Below are positions 57,401 to 64,000 of a DNA stretch of 64,000 nt, piece by piece. The stretch is from an uncultured virus (IMG/VR IMGVR_UViG_3300024255_000007) (Duplodnaviria > Heunggongvirae > Uroviricota > Caudoviricetes). The notes below the pieces were generated by a model, which was given only the letters and a program-made list of their open reading frames with translations, ran no database searches and was not told the DNA's origin. The DNA is taken from the IMG/VR virus record IMGVR_UViG_3300024255_000007; one strand, 5' to 3'. The translations under genes and the position numbers were made by a program. How positions within the stretch are numbered: position 1 is the first letter of the stretch; each line of letters starts with the position of its first letter.

Positions 57401-60400
57401 AATCTATAAATTACAACTTTATTATCTGCATCCGATGTAGTATTAGTTTGTATACTTATAACTAGTACTTGACCATCTTCACTTACTGCCATATCTTTAC
57501 TAAAGTCTAGTACAGTATCTACACTATCAAACAACGTATCTGAATATATGTTACCAACGTTTGTATTAGGTACAAAGAAATTGTTTTGTATGTTTTGATC
57601 AAGTAGTATCCAATTATTAGTATTAGTTGTTGGAACTGCAAAACTAAAAGTTTTAGACTGATATAAATTTCCTTCAAACAATACAATTTCGTCTTTTGCA
57701 TAAGGAACTAATGTACTATACGTTCCTCTATATCTATTATCAATGTCTAACGCAAAATTATATTCTATATCATTATTGTCAACACCGTGTTTAATAACAA
57801 AAACTTTATCTTTAGAACTTACAAATATTCTATACAAATCTTTTTCTTGGCTTATTTCAACTTGCTTACCTAATTGCTCAACTGTAGTTTGAGGACTTGC
57901 AGGATTATATTCTGCATTATTAGTTGTAACCGGAACTGTATACGTTCCTCGACGTTGCCATTCTGTTCCTGCTTTAGTGTATACCATAAACACACCAGAA
58001 TTATTATAAAATCCTGAAGTTCCAGTACCAATTATAGGAATATTGTTTGTTAATGTCCAATCTCTGTTTGTTGAAGCAGGATAACTAGCAGATAGGGTTG
58101 CTCCTGCTTCGTCTGTTTTTTCAGAATATATCCAATATTCTTTGTTTATATAACCAAATACATTTAAATCTTTAGTAGCGTCTGTTGAACCATAACTATC
58201 AGGATGTGGATCAAACGTAAACAAACTAGGATTAGAATTAAAGTAATTTTCAGGTGTATATCCAGCTGGGTTTTCTGAACTATCATAAAACTTAGGTGCT
58301 GTACTTGCAGTTACGACTAAGAATTTGCCTAAAGATGAATCATGTCCTGTGCCTGCAATACTTACTTTTTGTATTTGACCCATTGGTCTACGCCCTAAAC
58401 TATACGGCGTAAAATCAACCCTAATATCATTTCTATTTTGAAATCCTGTATTTGTAATTGTAATATCTTTAACATATACTCTTACATCAGCAATATTTCT
58501 TTTAATGTAATGTACAACTTGAGCTCTAGCGCCTGTAACGCCGTCTTCGATATAATCACCTACACTAGGTTCAAAATAATCACTTATATCAGTATCAATG
58601 TCACTTGGTACATCAATGTCAGCAGTTTGTTTTGCTGTTAATAAGATATCAATATATCCGTCCCAAATATCATTTACTATATGAGGCAAATCATTATGCT
58701 CATTGTTGTTTACTTTAAGTACAACTTGATCACCTGTTTGACCATCTAATTTAGATAAATCGTTAATTCCTTCTTCAGTATTAATCCAAACTCTAAACTC
58801 GTCGTCTTCACTAAAGGACGCAGCAGCAGGAGCTCTAATTATCCATCTGCTGTCTTTAATATCTCTTACACCTGAAACTGCATCGTATGCATCGCCTCTA
58901 TGTGAAAGTATTTGTAAATGTCCAGGTTCTTTATTTGGTGTTGCTCCGACATTATCTAAACTATTGTAGTAAAATCTGTTAGTACTACTATAGCTATCAT
59001 TAGTTTCGTCATATACTAGTACATCTTTATATACTAAGCCATACGCAGGTATTCCAAATTTACTTAGATCTGAAAATTCGTTACCATTATAGTAACCGTC
59101 AGCTTCTGCTGCTATATACCAAAAGCCGCCTAAGCCGTTATTTGTCGTATTGTTTGGTTGAGTGTAATCACCAATAACAACACTTTCTAGCGATACTGTA
59201 GAATCTGTTGGGAAAAATCCATTAGTTTCTGTTATATAAACTACCAATCTGTCTACTTTAGAAATTACCTTTACAACTTTTGCAGATCCAGTAGAGCAAT
59301 CAACAGTATCATTTACTTCTGGTACAATTAACGGATTTACAATGTAAAGTACATGATCAACTTTATGTATTATTTCATGTTCATTATTAATAAAACTAGA
59401 TCTTGGTGCAACGTATGTTTTGTTATTACTGTCTGGTTGTCCAGTATTGTTTAATGAAATACTATTAGTAAATAATTCAGTACTTGTATATTGATCAGAT
59501 GCTCTATTAAATCCTGTATAACGATTCCAGCCAAGTACTATCTTATCTTGAGGTTTTGTTGCCCTGTATTGATCTAATGGAGCTCTTACAAGAATATGAT
59601 CAGTTACACTATTTGGCAAATAAGGATTACCTTGTAATATCAATGTAAGTTGTCTGCTATTAATGTTAACTGGTGCAGCTTCTTCTAAAGTATTAATTAT
59701 ACCTGAAGCACCTGATTCTTTACCTACTATTTGATCACCTTGTTGTATGTCTCCAGTTGGTGATGATAGTGTTAAACGTTCGCCAACTTTGTTACCAGAA
59801 CCATTAAGTATAATTTGTATATCTTCAACGATAGCTGATACATTATTAGACTGTACGTTTACAATTTCTTTTTGTTCAAAAGATCCAAGTTGATCAACTG
59901 TAATACCGTCATCTTTTAAAGGAAAATTAATTACTAACGTTTCAGGTAAAGGTTGTATAGTTTCTTCAAAAAATGCATAACTGTCAAATGTACTAAATTC
60001 TATTGCATTATTTTCAGCAGGAATATTTCTTACTGCTTTCCAATAATTTTCATTATATTTAACAATGTCACCTGTCTTATATTCAGCATCTGCAACTCCA
60101 ACAGGTCCAGCTTCTCTAAAATCACCTTTGATATTATCTGAAATGTTAGTTGCATTTGGTGCACCAACTACTGCTAACTTACCATCTGGGCTGATTGCAA
60201 CATCATGACCAAAGTTTGATTTTAAACTATAGCCGTTGGATTTAAGTATAAGCCCACTTATAAATGTACCATATGATGTAGTATCAATAGATTGTGTTAA
60301 TCCGACGTCACTGTACATTGAGATAGTATTTTCATTAATTACGTTTGCGTAAAATTCAAGATTGTTTAGCGCAGTCATTCCAGAAACTTCTTTAAATCTT

Positions 60401-63400
60401 ACTAACTCTCCTGATTGTAAGTTATGGTCTGTTGCTGTAACTACTCCTGGATTTGCATTAGTAACACCAATCCCAAATACTGCCGATGTTTCAGGAGTAA
60501 GCTCACCCATATTTCTTAAATTATTTGAACTGCTTGCTCTTGAATAGAAATGCACAACACCGTCTTCTACTGTCTCGTCGCCAACTAATAAGTTTGTATT
60601 TCCTAAACTAGTTGCCATACTATTGCTAAAGTTAGTTTCGGTAGCAACCAAGTACGGATTGTCAATTACATTATAATCAGTAAACGTTTCTTGCCTCTTT
60701 ATAACTTTCCAGTCATTATTAGATGTGCCGTCTAACCAAATTACTTGGTCATGTAATTTAAATTTTTCTAAAATTAAGTTTGCTTCATCTAATGACGAAG
60801 CTCTAACACTTCTAAGAATACTTACATATCCGTTTAAGTTTTCAGAATCATTAACTAATGTTCTGTCTTGTACGCTTGCAATTGCAACTGTATTATTAAT
60901 TTCTTCTATTTGATAAAAACCCCAGTTACCATTACCAACTTGTTGTAAGCCAACAATATCACCAGGAATAAAATTAGTAGTTCTATCAAATGTAATTTTA
61001 ACAGCTGGACTAGCACTGCGATCAATTGCATCAACTAGTTCAGTAAATCCTTCAATTGATGTTACGTGGTAATCTGTAGTGATATGTTGTAGTACGTCCC
61101 AGTCTTCTGTAGTTCCAGTTATCCATACATAATCACTAATTCCAATTGAGCTAGGAAGACTTTGAAGTAAATCTGCTTTAATTTTTACTTTGTATACAAC
61201 ATCTTTGTCATTTACATATCCCGAAGTCTTAACACCAATATGGGGTGCATTTGTTGTTGGGAAAGGCTTATGGTTATAATCTTTAGGCCTGTAATAAACA
61301 TCATTTGGTATAATTTTGTAAATATCGTCTGTATCATTTGCTGGTATACTTTTTACTAGTTGTACCGTAGTCGGATCTATTTTAATTTTGTCTTCGTCGA
61401 TAATAAATTCAACTTCATTAAAGTTATCAGTAGCACCGTACTGACCTGCTCTAATAGCCCATTCTTCATAAAAGTCTATACTATCTTTATCTGCACTACT
61501 CAGCGCATCAAATAACTTATCTAAAGAATTTATAGTACCTTTATCTTGAATCATTCCTTGATAAAATTTATATTGGCTTACGTCATCGTTAATGATATTT
61601 TGTAGGTATTGTCTTTTTTGGTAGCCAATTAAATGCTGTGCATGTTTTTGTTGCTCAACATCAAAGTTATCACTATCTAAATCATAAAAGTCTGCAAACT
61701 GATTAATTCGATAATCAAAGTTAGGATACATCTTTGGCTGAGGACGTTCATCTAAACGCTCCCAGTCATTTTCATTAAATTTTTCAACTCCAGTAAGATC
61801 AATTGTGCTTACATAATAAAATTCTTTATATTTTACTAATGAGCCAATAGAGTAATCTTTGTAACTTGTCCACTCATCTACAATAGCTTCGTCATAAACA
61901 AATCCAGGGATGTTTAGGCCGCCTGTCCAGCCGTCGCTTTTATATCCAACAACTTTAATACGCTCTTGTCTATAACCTGCAGGTTGATCATAAATTACAT
62001 CGCCGAATACTGTTTCGTTATCTAGTAAAACTACATGTTCTTTTTGAACAAGTGGTAATTTTATATGATAAATGCCGTCTTGCGTATTCTTTGGTAATAT
62101 TCCAAAAGTATTTTGGTTATCTCTTACAATACTAGTAAACGATTTGTCAAGTCTTGTACCGTCTGATTTAAACAACGAGTAATCGTAAAACTTATCAAAT
62201 ATATCGTCAACTACACAATAATCTTTTGAAAATGTTATTTCAGAAGCTGCTGGGCTTAATGACAGAACTGATCCAGCTGCCCAATTCTGTGTAGTCCAAA
62301 ATAAGAATTCTTTTACAGACAAGCTCCAATTTGACACTTGACTAAGCTCATCATTGTAATAGTTAAACTCAAATCCTTTTTCAACTAGGCTTGCTTCGTA
62401 TCCTAGTAAAAAGTCAATTACTTCTTGTCGAGTTTTTAGTAATGTTCCGTAAGGTATAGATAACTCACGTGTTGTAAACTCTCTTCTAAGTATTGCAGAG
62501 CTACCTCCTATAAGTGGAAGTGTTGCAATCTGTTGAAACTTTTCTACATCTATCGTAGTTCCACTTACATGACTTTCTTTACATCTATAAAATGATCCAG
62601 AAAATCTAACATTTTGTGATTTAACATACTGTTTTCTTTCACTCCACTCAACAAATGTTTCGCTTATGCCGCCTATGTTAATACTAGGATCATTTGCTCT
62701 TACAAATGGTTGTTTGTACTCAAAAGTTGCTTTTTCTCTATCATATCCTCTAATAATAAATCCGTTAGACTGTTTTTCAACTATAACTCCGCTATAACTT
62801 ATCGTAGTAACAGGTGAGCTGCTATTTAAAAATACTTTATAGTTTTCTTGCGGGACAAATACATTTCCTTTATTTAAAGGTGTACGTGAATCTAGTATTA
62901 ATTTAAATTTTTCTTGCTCAGTAAATCCGCCTACTTTTAAAGATATTCTATTATTAATATTTGATATTAAATTTTGATATGATTTATAATTTGAAGTAGT
63001 ATTACTTGCAAGATAATTATAAACAAAATTTACTAATCCGCTAGTTGTCTGACGGGTATTATCTTTTACTGTATTAGGAAATACAATATCTTTTAATCTA
63101 ATACAGTTATTAGTTTTTGTTGATACTAGGTTTCCAACTAAATCACGTTTGATACGACTAATGTCAAAGCCTATACCTAGTACTTTAGCAGGTTGATTTA
63201 ATACCCAACTTAGTAACACTGCAAACGGATATTCAGCTGATTTTCTCCATGCTGTTTCTGCTGGGTTGCCGTCACCATATCCAAATAATTCTTTTGTAGG
63301 ACCAGCAACATAATTTTGTGCAAAGTTACTTTCTAATGGACTTAATAATACTCCTGTGTCATCTACAGGAATATGGTTTACTAGCCCAGGTCTTGAATAT

Positions 63401-63999
63401 TTTTTATTTGATTTTATTGCGGAAGACGGATCTCTAATTATACCGTTTTGTAAATCTTCCCAAAGTAATGTGTTACTTCTAGTATATGGTGAAGGACCGT
63501 ATTCATCTTTCCACCATTTTGGTTCTATTGTAAATCCTAACATTTCCCAAGGGTGTGTGTGAGGACGATCAGTATCATATGCTTGTATATAAACCTGTCT
63601 CCACCAACCTGGTAACTGATTACCTTGTGGTGAAATCATAGTTTTGTAATTATATGTAAAACTATTACCTTCAATATAATATTCATTTGAAGTATAATCA
63701 GGATTACCAGCAAGTGTAGTCCATTGTATAAAGTCAGCAGTATAAGATTTGTCTATAGCTTTTTTAGTAAACTTAGTATCTCTATATTCGCCGCCAATAA
63801 AATCATGTATGTCTAGTAGGTTAGTATTATACGCTTGTTTTAAATTATTAAAAATTCTTAATTCTAGTTCTAATATTAAATCATCTCTAAAATCGTCATA
63901 TGCTTTAACAATACTTCCGTCGTGTCCTTGAATCATTGTTACTGGTTCAATGTATGTATTATCAGTAAAAATCTTAGGCTGGTACTTAGGGTATAAACC
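51424..63999 (-). CDS. Giant virion structural protein (>4,190 aa; baseplate wedge/tail-like), 5'-truncated by window edge
   Basis: Frame stays open upstream of Met 63936 to the window end (GLYPKYQPKIFTDNTYIEPVT-M). Contains FG-GAP-like propeller blades, carbohydrate-binding-like Y..GDIV.Y motifs, G.GYT.AP repeats and many F...G....F.L beta units. Confidence 0.85.
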   Translation of the reverse strand, partial: GLYPKYQPKIFTDNTYIEPVTMIQGHDGSIVKAYDDFRDDLILELELRIFNNLKQAYNTNLLDIHDFIGGEYRDTKFTKKAIDKSYTADFIQWTTLAGNPDYTSNEYYIEGNSFTYNYKTMISPQGNQLPGWWRQVYIQAYDTDRPHTHPWEMLGFTIEPKWWKDEYGPSPYTRSNTLLWEDLQNGIIRDPSSAIKSNKKYSRPGLVNHIPVDDTGVLLSPLESNFAQNYVAGPTKELFGYGDGNPAETAWRKSAEYPFAVLLSWVLNQPAKVLGIGFDISRIKRDLVGNLVSTKTNNCIRLKDIVFPNTVKDNTRQTTSGLVNFVYNYLASNTTSNYKSYQNLISNINNRISLKVGGFTEQEKFKLILDSRTPLNKGNVFVPQENYKVFLNSSSPVTTISYSGVIVEKQSNGFIIRGYDREKATFEYKQPFVRANDPSINIGGISETFVEWSERKQYVKSQNVRFSGSFYRCKESHVSGTTIDVEKFQQIATLPLIGGSSAILRREFTTRELSIPYGTLLKTRQEVIDFLLGYEASLVEKGFEFNYYNDELSQVSNWSLSVKEFLFWTTQNWAAGSVLSLSPAASEITFSKDYCVVDDIFDKFYDYSLFKSDGTRLDKSFTSIVRDNQNTFGILPKNTQDGIYHIKLPLVQKEHVVLLDNETVFGDVIYDQPAGYRQERIKVVGYKSDGWTGGLNIPGFVYDEAIVDEWTSYKDYSIGSLVKYKEFYYVSTIDLTGVEKFNENDWERLDERPQPKMYPNFDYRINQFADFYDLDSDNFDVEQQKHAQHLIGYQKRQYLQNIINDDVSQYKFYQGMIQDKGTINSLDKLFDALSSADKDSIDFYEEWAIRAGQYGATDNFNEVEFIIDEDKIKIDPTTVQLVKSIPANDTDDIYKIIPNDVYYRPKDYNHKPFPTTNAPHIGVKTSGYVNDKDVVYKVKIKADLLQSLPSSIGISDYVWITGTTEDWDVLQHITTDYHVTSIEGFTELVDAIDRSASPAVKITFDRTTNFIPGDIVGLQQVGNGNWGFYQIEEINNTVAIASVQDRTLVNDSENLNGYVSILRSVRASSLDEANLILEKFKLHDQVIWLDGTSNNDWKVIKRQETFTDYNVIDNPYLVATETNFSNSMATSLGNTNLLVGDETVEDGVVHFYSRASSSNNLRNMGELTPETSAVFGIGVTNANPGVVTATDHNLQSGELVRFKEVSGMTALNNLEFYANVINENTISMYSDVGLTQSIDTTSYGTFISGLILKSNGYSLKSNFGHDVAISPDGKLAVVGAPNATNISDNIKGDFREAGPVGVADAEYKTGDIVKYNENYWKAVRNIPAENNAIEFSTFDSYAFFEETIQPLPETLVINFPLKDDGITVDQLGSFEQKEIVNVQSNNVSAIVEDIQIILNGSGNKVGERLTLSSPTGDIQQGDQIVGKESGASGIINTLEEAAPVNINSRQLTLILQGNPYLPNSVTDHILVRAPLDQYRATKPQDKIVLGWNRYTGFNRASDQYTSTELFTNSISLNNTGQPDSNNKTYVAPRSSFINNEHEIIHKVDHVLYIVNPLIVPEVNDTVDCSTGSAKVVKVISKVDRLVVYITETNGFFPTDSTVSLESVVIGDYTQPNNTTNNGLGGFWYIAAEADGYYNGNEFSDLSKFGIPAYGLVYKDVLVYDETNDSYSSTNRFYYNSLDNVGATPNKEPGHLQILSHRGDAYDAVSGVRDIKDSRWIIRAPAAASFSEDDEFRVWINTEEGINDLSKLDGQTGDQVVLKVNNNEHNDLPHIVNDIWDGYIDILLTAKQTADIDVPSDIDTDISDYFEPSVGDYIEDGVTGARAQVVHYIKRNIADVRVYVKDITITNTGFQNRNDIRVDFTPYSLGRRPMGQIQKVSIAGTGHDSSLGKFLVVTASTAPKFYDSSENPAGYTPENYFNSNPSLFTFDPHPDSYGSTDATKDLNVFGYINKEYWIYSEKTDEAGATLSASYPASTNRDWTLTNNIPIIGTGTSGFYNNSGVFMVYTKAGTEWQRRGTYTVPVTTNNAEYNPASPQTTVEQLGKQVEISQEKDLYRIFVSSKDKVFVIKHGVDNNDIEYNFALDIDNRYRGTYSTLVPYAKDEIVLFEGNLYQSKTFSFAVPTTNTNNWILLDQNIQNNFFVPNTNVGNIYSDTLFDSVDTVLDFSKDMAVSEDGQVLVISIQTNTTSDADNKVVIYRLNSEGRYIWSQTLVAPTSNTQWASSIDVTPNGNTLVVGDPGNDDNGYDTGKVYVYTRIGTSFVLTDTLIGNETELARKFGTKVSATEDIIAISSFNGDITANTTYDDDTTILDNRFTKFVNTQIDSGSVTLYEKFDNGYIFAEELEYSNIKSSRFAETLLINRNHIYVGCAGQPASEDVINDGQVINYISPKGTKSWNVIRSANPVVDTTKIRKVFLYNRKTGQLVKNLDYVDIHQGKIPGPAEQELTFKSSIDLAKYNVTSDINIFNDTDNWESNYVGKLWWDISTARFHNHYQGEPLEQAQTWHSMISTYSIDVYEWVESSLLPSEWDAQADTPEGYAKGISGQTKYSDAAYSQKLTYDNVSKSFGTKYFYWVKNKLTIPSDQSRTISAGQVSSLIGNPKAQGYQFAALLSNDRFVLYNCQSLFKDDDIVLHVDYYTLDNQEQNIHTQYQLISQGLETSEPSAEISQKWIDSLVGYDVQGRHVPDNDLTVREKYGINYQPRQSWFINRHEALKQVVERANSVLKENIIVDDFDFTRLTSKDTPPSTYKREYDVVIDTIDDLQFVGTAKARPAIVDLIVNEGVVTRARILDRGRSYKDINGTLKGPSYNIVGAGSDLEIATTINNIDGSLASIEILNGGTNFEDTTQLLFRKLRVLVNNDETANGRWSIYEWNHIDLIWERVQVQSYNTGNYWNYTNWFAAGYNQFTTINHLVSQSYELENVDDRIGDITKISNIGSGGWLLLQKTADTGSRNYTDDYTTIGRENGTIEIDPAVYTVSTNASGFDSFTFDGNFYDNEPNVEIRNILDALRYDILVDNLRSEYNELFFSSIRYVLSEQPNVDWVFKTSFVKAKHNVGELREDITFNNDNLPSYNEYIEEVKPYKTNIREYLSSYERTDNTNTLTSDFDVPPIYQDGKIVPSNLKVRGNQFIGSEGRFNEYPDKNWYDNAGYKITSVEIYDGGNSYTYPPKVIFEGGGGTGAVAHSYIARGKVNKIEITNPGSGYTSAPTVILEGSVQDGGETAIATAILGETLTKTMHVAMKFDRTSKTFVYNVLPEIETFTGTAAKLVFDLKYPMDLRTNKLEIIIDGEKQLRSQYTYENVKDTTKSYTRSLGRINFVTPPALNSVITVSYSKDVSMLNAADRVTNFYDPTTGMLGAELSQVMTGIDFGGVEVRSFDFDTESGWDTDGWFTTPWDTYDNTYEDHVFYADGTTIIIELDSALEDGVTYNIYRNGVRIDDSNYPANPTNPNAIMTSIVGDGQQTLINLAELGIDLNTDDILIVRKITSEGTVNPDTDSYDTQLSGGQLNYGNAGGTASEDIIVDGDLFVTPNNAAGTEELVAGQVLDTVDIKVFERSGTGTGQIYSQNFITDGTTVYDLVIQPNSPDAVIVKINSNIVHDYTIDLKQNTLTFTSAPTVDQLLTILTIGKNGQNILDIDSHVADGSTTIFETSVAWQDDLQIVTTIDGEAHSPEAVNARKSANNRVEFEFTVSTEAGSTLEYEIYSNKDEINYSKVAKSVLVATGGTKTYTLPVTPLYSKPEGFYTIVEVDNKVLMPGYSRQFTIDSPLTREYEFEKFQVAVSTLQPSLLKVYLNDTLLNQGTQYLVNIGNSSIILDPGILKLGDKLELFTMDLADYIIEGNVLTFTDNFAGPQQDDIINVYTFSNHGVNEIERYSYTALARSSLTVGTDEFTRFHSILGGKIRLNDPAIASQYVWTIINGELLQPNVDYSLSDDKQHVILNTQLTENDTVDVIHFSAPLSTPKIAWRQFQDILNRNMYKRLDNALNITLQTDLLNDDLRINVVDTSQLPDPDRRNNIPGVVFINGERIEYLVKDNNLLRQLRRGTLGTGIKDIHYAGTKIEPAGREKNIPYADKTHVQNFIATQGQTNFELDFVPNSVNEFEVFAAGKRLRKTALEKFVIGSELDSPEGDITLAPEFTLSGSTLVLLTPIEEDKRVTIIRKTGQIWGPTGTPIKDLQNDIGNFLRGSISELPE

Positions 64000-64000
64000 T

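Noticed and set aside
1104..63931. Numerous 60-165-aa antisense or alternate-frame ORFs in the track (e.g. 4197-4580, 7033-7341, 41760-42254, 43237-43680, 55481-55903)
   Set aside because: They lie within longer motif-bearing genes, mostly as antisense shadows, and lack recognisable motifs.
1..64000. Alternative genetic code, CRISPR array, tRNA/rRNA, integrase, transposase, intron or intein
   Set aside because: Genes tile the window fully in the standard code. No spaced direct repeats, RNA-gene-sized gaps or mobile-element motifs were seen by eye.
1..64000. Bacterial chromosomal biosynthetic gene cluster
   Set aside because: T4-type RNase H, tail-collar and fibre genes, a giant structural ORF, late-promoter-like motifs and the absence of transporters or regulators point to a phage genome.

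Overview
An AT-rich, gene-dense 64-kb segment of a large tailed dsDNA phage, probably a jumbo or T4-related myovirus (inferred from gene content). It reads in the standard genetic code, and I saw no rRNA, tRNA, CRISPR array or transposase. There are three parts. (1) 1-8.9 kb, + strand: partial metK, T4-type RNase H, an Smr-domain protein, a MoxR AAA+/vWA-HExxH pair, hypothetical proteins and a short fibre-like protein. (2) 8.9-41.4 kb: a translationally coupled island of about 37 genes, mostly tailoring enzymes. It holds 9 radical SAM enzymes (5 with N-terminal twitch-type domains, one permuted, one split) plus a free SPASM-like domain, 6 Fe(II)/2OG-type oxygenases, 2 QueC-like PP-loop ATPases, 2 amidinotransferases around an ATP-grasp ligase, 2 membrane desaturases, a di-iron ferritin-like protein, PLP, GNAT-like, SDR-like and methyltransferase-like enzymes, 4 glycosyltransferase-like proteins and 3 copies of an unknown H/NxxxHxxE family. 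(3) 41.4-64 kb, - strand: tail-fibre and baseplate genes, including a >4,190-aa protein running off the window. The best candidate for an undescribed system is the island, a phage-encoded modification pathway containing a duplicated rSAM/unknown/QueC-like module. Its position between fibre genes suggests virion or glycan decoration, but no substrate is visible. A second signal is a recurring T4-late-like (A)TAAATA motif coupled to hairpins that would hide the RBS or start codon. All family calls come from motifs read by eye; no database searches were run.
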